Positions 38,990-47,851 of a stretch of DNA of 64,000 nucleotides are shown in pieces. This DNA comes from Promethearchaeota archaeon. Lineage in GTDB: Archaea; Asgardarchaeota; Lokiarchaeia; Sigyniarchaeales; SOKP01. The position numbers and the translations under genes are program-made. The stretch is taken from NCBI GenBank assembly GCA_011364925.1, contig RDOA01000010.1, positions 44,216-108,215 of the forward strand. The letters are read 5' to 3'. A model generated the notes under the pieces. That model worked only from the letters and a program-made list of their open reading frames with translations, was not told the origin of the DNA and ran no database searches. The stretch's first letter is position 1. Each line of letters starts with the position of its first letter.

Positions 38990-39033
38990 CTATAATTAAT
39001 AGAACTAATCAAAAAAGTGTGAGATGGACATAA

Positions 39034-40551
39034 TTGTCTGAAGTATATCAAAAGTTAGAAAAAATTGTTGAAGGAAAGCACATTTCCAAGGACCTATATG
39101 TAAGACACGCCTATTCAAGAAATGTTGATCTCGTTCTACAGGGTGTGCCTGATATCGTTATTAGACCTAAAGATGCTCAGGAAGTTTCAGAGATTATGAA
39201 AATCGCTAATGAAGAAAACATACCCGTGACACCACGAGGAGGCGGAGACTGCGAGTTTGGTGGCAGTAAGCCCATTGGTAATGGCGGAATTGTATTAGAT
39301 ACTAAAAGAATGAATAAGGTTATCAATTTAGATCAGGATAATTTAATTGTAACCGTTGAAGCTGGAATATCATGGGGTAAGCTAAACGATTTTTTGTGTA
39401 ATTTTGGGCTCTACACGGGTTGTATGGGTCCTGGGTCTGGCATGACTGCAGCAGTGGGTGGGGGGATTTCTCATCATTCTGTAGGAGGTGGAGGGTGTGC
39501 TAAATATGGTGCATGTACGAATCAATTAGTATCTTTGGAAGTAGTATTACCAACAGGCGATATAATAAATACAGGTTCCCAGGCTAATAAGTATTCTAAA
39601 TATCCCTTTAATAGGTTTGGCAACGGTCCTGACTTAGCGGGATTATTTTGTGGCGATAACGGAATATTTGGCGTAAAAACACAAGTCTCGTTGCAAGTTT
39701 TTCCAAAACCCCCTTATGCCGCTTATAAGACTTTCCAATTACCTAGAAAAGAAAGAGAAGTCTCAGCAAAAATCATGACCGAGATTCGGCAGAAAGGAAT
39801 TGAAGTATACGATCTAATGTTTTTAATGGACCTAATTGTTCGTTTGGGTTGTCAAGAAGGGATGTTTCCGTTTTGGGAAAACTTAAAAAAGAAAAGAGGA
39901 GTAATCTTCTACACAATCGAAGCAAATTCTGAAGTTGAATTGGACGAAAAAGTAAAACAATTAGACGAAATAATGGTAAATAATAAAACAGAAGAGCTGG
40001 GTCAAGAAATTCAAGATGGGAATATAGCAAAATGGCATTATGCCGAGCAAGGACACTGGCAATTCTATCATAACTTATGGGGAATATATCCGTCAATGCA
40101 ACCATTAACGGCTGAATGCTTTTCTCCAATTGGGTTATATCCTAATGTATTAAATGATATCGATCAGTGGGATATGGAGCATAACGAAGATATGCAAAAA
40201 ATATTCAATATTACCAAAATTAGGCCTATAGCTGGGAGTGGACCCGTCCTATTAATCGATGGTAATAATGTGGAAATTACATGCGGGTTTACAAGCTTTT
40301 GGAATTATTATAATGGTGAAGTTCACGACATTATCGAAGAAACGAATTTAATGTTATGGAAATCGCTATTAGAAAGAGTGACTAAACATGGTTGTCAGTG
40401 GTACATGATGGGGGATTATATGTCGCGGTTAATGGTAGATATTGGAGCTTATTCTGAAGAATATTATAATTTAATGAAATCAATAAAACAGGTTTTAGAT
40501 CCAAAAATGATATTAAGTAGAGGAAAATTTAATTTTTGGGGTGAAAAATAA
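39034..40551 (+). CDS. FAD-binding oxidoreductase (GlcD/VAO family), paralog 2
   Basis: Colinear 505-aa tandem paralog of 37472-38989. Confidence 0.92.
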   Translation: MSEVYQKLEKIVEGKHISKDLYVRHAYSRNVDLVLQGVPDIVIRPKDAQEVSEIMKIANEENIPVTPRGGGDCEFGGSKPIGNGGIVLDTKRMNKVINLDQDNLIVTVEAGISWGKLNDFLCNFGLYTGCMGPGSGMTAAVGGGISHHSVGGGGCAKYGACTNQLVSLEVVLPTGDIINTGSQANKYSKYPFNRFGNGPDLAGLFCGDNGIFGVKTQVSLQVFPKPPYAAYKTFQLPRKEREVSAKIMTEIRQKGIEVYDLMFLMDLIVRLGCQEGMFPFWENLKKKRGVIFYTIEANSEVELDEKVKQLDEIMVNNKTEELGQEIQDGNIAKWHYAEQGHWQFYHNLWGIYPSMQPLTAECFSPIGLYPNVLNDIDQWDMEHNEDMQKIFNITKIRPIAGSGPVLLIDGNNVEITCGFTSFWNYYNGEVHDIIEETNLMLWKSLLERVTKHGCQWYMMGDYMSRLMVDIGAYSEEYYNLMKSIKQVLDPKMILSRGKFNFWGEK

Positions 40552-40553
40552 AG

Positions 40554-41786
40554 ATGAGTGAGTTAAAACATTTAAAGAGTCAATGGGAAGCTGTAATGAG
40601 TTGTATGGGATGTGGTGATTGTGGATACGCAATTCGACCAGCAGTGGATAGATATTTAACTTGTCCCGTGAAGGAAGCTAAAGGTGGCGAAGGTTTCGAG
40701 ATTTACTTTTCACGAGGAAGGATGAATGTCCTTAAAAGCTTGTTACTTGGACAAATCCCTCTTTCAAAAGAGCTGGCAGATTTTGTTTACCAATGTAGTG
40801 AATGTGGAAACTGTACAGAAGTGTGTCACATGTCTCAGAATGAATATATCGTTCTTAACACATCTAAATGGATAGATCATGTTAAAGTTTGGGAAGCGTT
40901 ACGACAAGATTTAATCGAAGCAGGTTTTGCTCCCCTTGATAAACATGGTAAACTAATCGATTATATGAACGATGTTTCTATGAGAAATCCATATGGTGAG
41001 GAAGAAGCTAATAAATTCGCGTGGATTTCCGAATTTCCCGAAATTAAAGAAGAAGGTGACTTAATATTATTTGGAGGGTGTACAATGCCTCTACGACAGG
41101 TCGATACGTTAAAAAGCATGATGAAAATTTTTAAAGCAGCTGGAAGAGAGATTGCCATGTCTAAGAATGAGTGGTGTTGCGGTTCTATAGCGTTAAGGAT
41201 TGGAGACCAAAACTCGCTTATTGATATCATTAAACACAATGTTGAAATTTTTAAGGAAATGGGAGCGCAAACAATTTTTACGGCTTGTGCTGGTTGTTAT
41301 AGAACGTGGAAAAAAGATTATCCTGAACTATTAGGAGAAGAATTACCGTTCAAAGTAAAACACATAACGGAAATATTGACCGAAATGCTCAATAATAACG
41401 AGATACCGTTCAAACCGGTTGAGGGTTCGGAAACAGTTACATGGCACGATCCCTGCCATCTAGGAAGACATATGAATCTATACGAGATACCTAGAGACGC
41501 TATACTTAAAATACCGGGATTAAAATTCAAAGAAATGAAAAGAAATCGAAATAACTCTTGGTGCTGTGGAGCTGGAGGAGGCGTAAAAAGTGAGTTTCCA
41601 GATTTAGCACTTGACATTTCAACGGAAAGAATTAAGGAAGCAATAGATACAGGAGCGCAAATTTTAACTACGAGCTGTCCGTTTTGTATCGGTAATTTTA
41701 GCGATGCATATAAAGAAATGGAGCCAAAAGATCAAGAAAAAATCAATATAATAGATATAATTGATCTAATTGCGGGCAAGATCTAA
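40554..41786 (+). CDS. Fe-S oxidoreductase (GlcF/HdrD-like CCG protein)
   Basis: CMGCGDC, CSECGNCTEVC, WCCG, WHDPCHLGR, CCGAGGG, SCPFC. Confidence 0.92.
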   Translation: MSELKHLKSQWEAVMSCMGCGDCGYAIRPAVDRYLTCPVKEAKGGEGFEIYFSRGRMNVLKSLLLGQIPLSKELADFVYQCSECGNCTEVCHMSQNEYIVLNTSKWIDHVKVWEALRQDLIEAGFAPLDKHGKLIDYMNDVSMRNPYGEEEANKFAWISEFPEIKEEGDLILFGGCTMPLRQVDTLKSMMKIFKAAGREIAMSKNEWCCGSIALRIGDQNSLIDIIKHNVEIFKEMGAQTIFTACAGCYRTWKKDYPELLGEELPFKVKHITEILTEMLNNNEIPFKPVEGSETVTWHDPCHLGRHMNLYEIPRDAILKIPGLKFKEMKRNRNNSWCCGAGGGVKSEFPDLALDISTERIKEAIDTGAQILTTSCPFCIGNFSDAYKEMEPKDQEKINIIDIIDLIAGKI

Positions 41787-42569
41787 TCTTATTTTACACT
41801 TTCCTATTTTATATTTAATCCTTGGAATTTAAACGATTTTTTAGTATCAAGCATAAATTTATTACATATATAAAAATATTAGGACAATTTTAATTAAAAT
41901 TGCTTTAAATAAATCAGATAATTTATATTTATATCTTTTAAAGCATACAAGACTTTGAGTGATTATAATGGTTCAAAAGGCGATGATTAATGTTTATCCT
42001 ATTAGATACAATAACCGTAATTTAGAATTTCTTATGATAAAAAGAGCTACAGTTAGCTATAATTGGCAATGCGTATCTGGTTCAGTAGGGGATACTATGG
42101 GGGCACTTGATCACCCGAAAGGAGAAAGTCCTCTTGAGTGTGCAAAAAGGGAACTTTTTGAAGAAACAGGATACACCCATACTCTTATACATGCTCTTAC
42201 TATTCCTCAAGAATTATATATCGAAAATGAAGATGATGATGGAGAGAAATCTCCTCCAGACCTTCAAAGAGAACTAAAAGAAATTACATTTTATAATTAC
42301 ATAGCCCTTATAGAACAACCTCAGGATCCAATCTTGAATCCTGCCGAACACACAGATTGGAAATGGTGTAGCTTTGAAACTGCATATACGATAATAAAGT
42401 GGGCAGTGGAAAGAAAGTTGCTACGATATGTCTATAATTACCTTAGAATAAATCCATTAAAGTGGTAAACAACATAATGAACTATGCTAAGAAGAAATAT
42501 AATACCGGAAGAAAGACTTCTTCCGATAATATTATAGATATAATTGATCTAATTGCTAGCAAAATTTAG
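41745..42569 (+). repeat. Direct repeat of the 3' end of the Fe-S gene flanking the NUDIX gene
   Basis: Exact ATAGATATAATTGATCTAATTGC at 41751-41773 and 42534-42556, with degenerate similarity continuing beyond. Confidence 0.8.
41968..42468 (+). CDS. NUDIX hydrolase (NudB-like)
   Basis: EFLMIKR, WQCVSG, GESPLECAKRELFEETG, EHTDWKW. Confidence 0.88.
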   Translation: MVQKAMINVYPIRYNNRNLEFLMIKRATVSYNWQCVSGSVGDTMGALDHPKGESPLECAKRELFEETGYTHTLIHALTIPQELYIENEDDDGEKSPPDLQRELKEITFYNYIALIEQPQDPILNPAEHTDWKWCSFETAYTIIKWAVERKLLRYVYNYLRINPLKW

Positions 42570-42698
42570 ATTTTTTTTATATTTTTCTTTTTTCTAGTTA
42601 CTCCTTCTAGTTTAAGCGATTTTACCGGTTTTGATTTATCAATTGGAGTATTACACGACCAACACACATTTTCAAAAAAAAAAATGGCACACAGTTAT

Positions 42699-43373
42699 TC
42701 AAAAGAAAATAAACCAGATTAATTCGAGAATTGAAGCAACTGCTGATAAACTCGTAGCAACAAGAAAAATTATTGAACAGAAAAGTAACGTTTTTACTTT
42801 TATTTTAATAGCATATATCAGAAAGAAGACGCTTGAAATTACAGTGAAAATAGGAATTATAGCCCAAACAAATTCCATAATTAAAAAATATATATAGGGA
42901 AATGGATTAGAAATGTGATAATAAGCAAGAATGTCTAGCAGAAGGTAATTACTATATATTAGTATTGAAATTGCCCCAAATATAACCCAAAAGATACCAG
43001 AAAACATCAAAAATTTGCCATAATTTTGCTTATTTCTTGTCCCTAAAAATAGGAATAACGCTCCAAAAGTAGTTAGTGAAACTAAATTCGGGAGCATTTG
43101 GATCAATACTACATAAAAAATTGGCCTTAAATAATCTAAGAATACGGAACCCCCTAAAACTGTTAACAAATCCAAAATGCGTTCATTTACAACTAGAACT
43201 AGTGCTTCAATGAGTCCAATATATGCAAACACCACAGAATTATTAATTGTATTATTTTTTCTAATACGCGAACTACCAACAATTATTAAACCTATGGCTC
43301 CTATAACTTGAAGGAGGATTGCAATAAAACGCGATATATTTACGATATCATAAAGCTCAAACTGAAGCAACAA
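42699..43373 (-). CDS. Multi-pass membrane protein (paralog of 43422-44075)
   Basis: Shared QxIG..GLI.VGSSR, PN..SL.TFGALFL, NYGK.LM, YA.KI. Confidence 0.75.
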   Translation of the reverse strand: MLLQFELYDIVNISRFIAILLQVIGAIGLIIVGSSRIRKNNTINNSVVFAYIGLIEALVLVVNERILDLLTVLGGSVFLDYLRPIFYVVLIQMLPNLVSLTTFGALFLFLGTRNKQNYGKFLMFSGIFWVIFGAISILIYSNYLLLDILAYYHISNPFPYIYFLIMEFVWAIIPIFTVISSVFFLIYAIKIKVKTLLFCSIIFLVATSLSAVASILELIWFIFF

Positions 43374-43421
43374 GAACTCGGTGTCACCTTTTTATTTTCA
43401 TCTATTTCTCATTATTAATTT

Positions 43422-44075
43422 TTAAATATTTAAAATCATATGTTGGACCAGTGAATTAACGAAGAATAAACTTGATGCAACTAACAAAAATATTGAAGAG
43501 AAAAATAATACTTTTTTATCTATTTTAGACGCATATATCATAAAAAAAACACTTGATGTTATCATGAAAATCGAAGCAATCGGTATTATTATATACGCGA
43601 GTTGAAGCTCTTGAAGAGTAATAGTGTAAGGTAGGTTTGACAAAAAAGTTATGCTATACGGTATTATTAAGATTATCCCACAAACAATCCTGAAAATAGC
43701 AGAAAGCATTAACAATTTGCCATAATTTCGTCTATTGCTAATCCCTAAATATAGAAATAAAGCTCCAAAAGTAATAAGTGAAATGATATTAGGAACTAAT
43801 CTGTATAATGCGTCTTGCATCGCTAATAATTGCAAGGTAAGGAAACCCTGAATTCTATAAATCAAGTAATAAATACGTTGATTAATAACAAGATATATTA
43901 TTTCAACGGCTCCGACAATAATCAGTATAACAGACTTATTAATTGTGCTCTCTTTTCTAAATCGAGAACTACCCACGAGTATTAACCCTAAAAATCCTAT
44001 TGCTTGAAATAATACTATTATAAAACTCAATATTCCTCTAAGATCTATTAAAGTCTCGAACATGTCAAATAGCAA
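43422..44075 (-). CDS. Multi-pass membrane protein (paralog of 42699-43373)
   Basis: About 6 TM helices; colinear with its neighbour. Confidence 0.75.
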   Translation of the reverse strand: MLFDMFETLIDLRGILSFIIVLFQAIGFLGLILVGSSRFRKESTINKSVILIIVGAVEIIYLVINQRIYYLIYRIQGFLTLQLLAMQDALYRLVPNIISLITFGALFLYLGISNRRNYGKLLMLSAIFRIVCGIILIIPYSITFLSNLPYTITLQELQLAYIIIPIASIFMITSSVFFMIYASKIDKKVLFFSSIFLLVASSLFFVNSLVQHMILNI

Positions 44076-44353
44076 GGTTTCATATTCACTTCTTTAATTC
44101 TTTTGGCTAGATTAATTTTAGAGATCATTATTTTTAAACATTATCTTTACCCAAATCTTAATTGTTTATTTTATTGAGCAAGAATTTTTGAAAAAGAATA
44201 ATGAAATTCTATTAGGATCTCAAGAGATACCTTATTTAAAATACTTGGATTATTGGATTAGAATCTCATTTTTTTCAATATTTTTTGAAAATTTGATTAA
44301 ATTATAAAATCTTAAATAAAGATTTTTCTTACTATTAAAAGGAGGTGAAATTT

Positions 44354-44695
44354 ATTTCGCGTAAATTTATGAAGAACAGTTATGTCATATTCTTCAGTTT
44401 AAGCGTTCTTTTACTTATAACTGGATTTGTGATAACAACTGTAGCCAATATTATTCCTAGCATTGATTATGGAGATCCCGGGCATGACGAATATGTCTAT
44501 TTAATGACAGTATTATCTTCGACCTCAATACTTATACAGAATATAGGAATTGTTTTATTCTCGGTTGCAACATTTTTAGGAGCAGTAACGGCTGAATCGC
44601 TTTCAATAGAAGTAAGGCGAGCATTAGCGATTGCGTCGGGAATAGGAATTGTCGCACTAGTATTATTCAATAGGTTAATCTTATATTTCTTCTAA
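44354..44695 (+). CDS. Small 3-TM membrane protein (paralog of 44706-45065)
   Basis: Shared TGFV, IPS.D.GDPG..EY, NIG, ATF.GA.T, ALVLFN; probable ATT start after GGAGGTGA. Confidence 0.72.
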   Translation: MSRKFMKNSYVIFFSLSVLLLITGFVITTVANIIPSIDYGDPGHDEYVYLMTVLSSTSILIQNIGIVLFSVATFLGAVTAESLSIEVRRALAIASGIGIVALVLFNRLILYFF

Positions 44696-44705
44696 GGTGA
44701 TCTAC

Positions 44706-45065
44706 ATTACCAACTCAGATAAGCGAGCCAATTTTAAGAAATTTTATGTAATTATCTTTCTTCTGGGAGCAATTTCGCTGCTAACTGGATTTGTTTTAAC
44801 GAGCTTAATCGATTTCATTCCAAGTGTTGATATTGGAGACCCTGGTCGAGAGGAATATCTAGAATTGATTGCGAATTTAGGAACCATGTCAACGCTTTTT
44901 ATGAATATAGGGTTAGGACTCTTTCTAATGGCTACTTTCATTGGTGCAACGACAGATAAACGATTCTCAACAGAATTGAAAAAGGGTTTGTTGATAGCGT
45001 CTGTTTTAGGAGTTTCGGCATTAGTACTCTTTAATTATTTGTATTTGTATTTCAGAATCACATAA
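44706..45065 (+). CDS. Small 3-TM membrane protein (paralog of 44354-44695)
   Basis: Colinear paralog; probable ATT start after AGGTGA. Confidence 0.72.
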   Translation: MTNSDKRANFKKFYVIIFLLGAISLLTGFVLTSLIDFIPSVDIGDPGREEYLELIANLGTMSTLFMNIGLGLFLMATFIGATTDKRFSTELKKGLLIASVLGVSALVLFNYLYLYFRIT

Positions 45066-45144
45066 GATCAATGGATTTAAATATCTTTTTTTTTCTTATT
45101 TGAAGATTGGTAATATTCAATAATCACAAATATTTTTCATACAC

Positions 45145-45837
45145 ATGGGGAATTTTGATAAATATCTTCAGCCAACTGAATTTTTCGATTTCAACAAAAA
45201 ATTCGTCCGAGAAAAGGCTTTTGAAATTACCAAAGGGTTAGAAACTGATAAAGAAAAAGCAATAGCCCTTTTTTATTGGGTAAGAGATCAAATTAAATAC
45301 AATATGCACACATATATTCCATCCATTAAAGCAAATTTCAAAGCAAGTGTAACTTTAAGAAGAAAGAATGGTTTCTGCGTCTCTAAATCTGTCTTATTAT
45401 CTTCTTTTGCCCGCACAATTGGAATCCCCGCACGAATTCATTTAGTTGATTTGATAAATCATAAAATCTCTCAAAAAATCATAGATTTCATGGAAACGAA
45501 CGTAATGCACTATCATGGGTATAGTGAACTGAACCTTAACGGTAGATGGATAAAATTGACTCCTTCTTTTGACCAAGCAACTGCAATAAAAGGAGGATTT
45601 CTTCCCATGTGCGAATTTGACGGCGAGCATGACGCAGTTTTTCCTCCTTATGATGAAGAGGGTAGAAAATTTGGAGAATATCTTCAAGATCGAGGAACAC
45701 ACGCAGATTTGCCTCTTGATGATATTGCGGTGGTGTTTTATGAAAAGTATCCTAAATTTTACAAATACATCAAAACTGGAGAGATGGAACCCGTAAAAGA
45801 TAAAACATTAACTTATAAAAAGATAAAACAATTCTAA
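45145..45837 (+). CDS. Transglutaminase-like cysteine protease domain protein
   Basis: FYWVRDQIKY, GFCVSKS (Cys), GIPAR, YHGY (His), RWIK. Confidence 0.88.
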   Translation: MGNFDKYLQPTEFFDFNKKFVREKAFEITKGLETDKEKAIALFYWVRDQIKYNMHTYIPSIKANFKASVTLRRKNGFCVSKSVLLSSFARTIGIPARIHLVDLINHKISQKIIDFMETNVMHYHGYSELNLNGRWIKLTPSFDQATAIKGGFLPMCEFDGEHDAVFPPYDEEGRKFGEYLQDRGTHADLPLDDIAVVFYEKYPKFYKYIKTGEMEPVKDKTLTYKKIKQF

Positions 45838-46757
45838 CTAAAATAACTTTCTGTTAAACCTAACTCTCGTAAATAAATTTTATATCTACCTAATTTACCC
45901 CCGTAATTTCCTGCGGAAATTTTTAGCAAACCTTTCATATTAGATATACCCTCAATAGTTTTTTGCATCGCTAATTTCACATCTTCAAGTTGAAGGCCAT
46001 TGAACACTATTTCTGGTATTGATTTCACTCGCTCTGGGACTTTAAATTCGGTGGGAGATAATTTATCCTTAAGCGTAGGGCAGAAAGGGTGATTAGTTGT
46101 TGGTCCAATTTCAGGATATTTAGTGTCGGGTGGAACAGGTTTAGAACCTGCTGAGCATACATCAAAAGTTGTGCATACATTATCAATCTCAGCCAGAATT
46201 TTCACAGTTTCTCTTCCGATCTTAATCCCAGAATCAACAGAGTCACAAAATAACCAGAGATTCCCTCCCATAACGCCTTTAGCGTAAGAGATATTTTCTT
46301 CAATTAGAAAATCGTGTCCCATCATGATTGGAATGTTAATTAGTTTTCTATTAAATTTTTTAACAATCCACTCGTATCCATCTCCGCAATGTCCCACATT
46401 ATTCATTATGTTGAAATTAAGATTAGTTTTCTCGGGATAATAATCAAAAACTGCTGTTGTTGGAACAACGAGAATACCTTGTCTCACTCTGCGGCCAAAT
46501 TGTTCGTAAAATTTAGCTGTAGCTTTCTTTCCCGTTCCAGTCACCCATAATTGAACGATTGCTCCTATTCTTTCATCAATTGTTTCTTTTTCAGTAAGCC
46601 AACGAACTATACCGCCTTCCGCATCCCCAAAAACAGTTGAAGGAAGCGCAGTAAAAGCGTTTACAGCTCGAGTTAAGAATTCTGCGTCTTTGGCAGTAAC
46701 CATTAATTGAACGACTAATCCTTCAAATGCTTCGCAATATGTATCTACAATTTCCAT
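45834..46757 (-). CDS. ftr: Formylmethanofuran--tetrahydromethanopterin N-formyltransferase
   Basis: IVDTYCEAF, GDGYE, GVMGGN, AGSK, TTNHPFCPTL, EIVFNG, ISAGNYGGKLG. Confidence 0.93.
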   Translation of the reverse strand: MEIVDTYCEAFEGLVVQLMVTAKDAEFLTRAVNAFTALPSTVFGDAEGGIVRWLTEKETIDERIGAIVQLWVTGTGKKATAKFYEQFGRRVRQGILVVPTTAVFDYYPEKTNLNFNIMNNVGHCGDGYEWIVKKFNRKLINIPIMMGHDFLIEENISYAKGVMGGNLWLFCDSVDSGIKIGRETVKILAEIDNVCTTFDVCSAGSKPVPPDTKYPEIGPTTNHPFCPTLKDKLSPTEFKVPERVKSIPEIVFNGLQLEDVKLAMQKTIEGISNMKGLLKISAGNYGGKLGRYKIYLRELGLTESYFS

Positions 46758-46902
46758 TATTTCCACTTCTTGCTTTTCTCTAATGACTCTCCTTTTATAA
46801 TAGTTGAATTATTTAGAACAAATAAAAATATAAAATCAATCGCTTATTAACTAGTAATTAATAATAATTTTAATCTGTAAAATTATAAAGAGAATCAGTA
46901 TC

Positions 46903-47826
46903 ATGCCAGTTGGAATATATCTTTACGAAATTGACGAATCCTTTGGACCAAATGTATTGGCGGAGTACTATTTAGCAAAAGAATATAAAGTAAACCAAGC
47001 AATTTTAAAGGATTTTGAAGATAAACACATCCAAAAAGAATTTTCTACTACATTATTTTGGCTTGAGGACTTAAGGTATTATTCGTCAAAAATGGATGCG
47101 AAGTCTATCGAACGAGATAATTTATTTTTAGGATTCGTTCTAAAACAAGACGAAGATTTAGTTTCTCTGAAAAGTATTCTGGAAAACATCGCAACTAAAG
47201 TTGTCAAGGATTTCTCAAAAGATAAAAGTGCTTTAGAAACACTTCTGAAAAAGGAATTTGATTCTATTTTCACCTTAATGGAAAAATTAAAGGAACCAAG
47301 CATGGTAAAAGAAACTATTAACGATATAACAAAAAAAATGTTGGATGATGGTAAACTAACTGAAGCCAGAGAATTAATCGACTTAGGTGAACAAATTCCT
47401 GAGAAGTTATCTGATGAAATTAAATTTGCTGAACAACAACTAATCGAGGGTTTTTATAAAAAAGCAAAAAAAAGCTTTATTAAAGCCGCGGAATTAGCAG
47501 AAACCATTCAAGAAATGGATATCGTCGCGTTTTTAAGGAACAAAGCCGAACAGGTCGGAAAGTTCCCAGAATTAATTAAAGAGAAAGAAACCAATCTTAA
47601 AGAAATAGAGAGTAGGATTGAGGCGTTACATAGTAATAAACTTCATCTTTACCACGAATTATTAAAACCTTTAGATAACTTAATTAATATCGCAAATTCT
47701 TTTGAAGAACATGAAAAAACGATAATATTAGCTGAGTTCTTAAAAAGTAGCAAAAAAGCAGATGAGTTAGCTAAAGAATTGTTCAATATAGATAAAAAAC
47801 TGAAGGATTTTCTACAAAAATTATAA
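46903..47826 (+). CDS. Hypothetical protein, N-terminal longin/uDENN-like domain + helical bundle
   Basis: MPVGIYLYEIDESFGPNVLAEY resembles the uDENN/longin F-D-x3-G-P start; helical C-terminal part. Confidence 0.6.
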   Translation: MPVGIYLYEIDESFGPNVLAEYYLAKEYKVNQAILKDFEDKHIQKEFSTTLFWLEDLRYYSSKMDAKSIERDNLFLGFVLKQDEDLVSLKSILENIATKVVKDFSKDKSALETLLKKEFDSIFTLMEKLKEPSMVKETINDITKKMLDDGKLTEARELIDLGEQIPEKLSDEIKFAEQQLIEGFYKKAKKSFIKAAELAETIQEMDIVAFLRNKAEQVGKFPELIKEKETNLKEIESRIEALHSNKLHLYHELLKPLDNLINIANSFEEHEKTIILAEFLKSSKKADELAKELFNIDKKLKDFLQKL

Positions 47827-47851
47827 AAAAAGTCAAAAAAAGACAGAATGT

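Noticed and set aside
42495-42540. Minus-strand BHB-like fold around the CGGAAGAA/TTCTTCCG hairpin as another intron
   Set aside because: No minus-strand gene is interrupted there and the pairing is equally explained as a simple bulged hairpin
42631-42897. 88-aa plus-strand ORF and the other short ORF-track ORFs nested in or antisense to long genes
   Set aside because: They overlap better-supported genes and show no recognisable motifs
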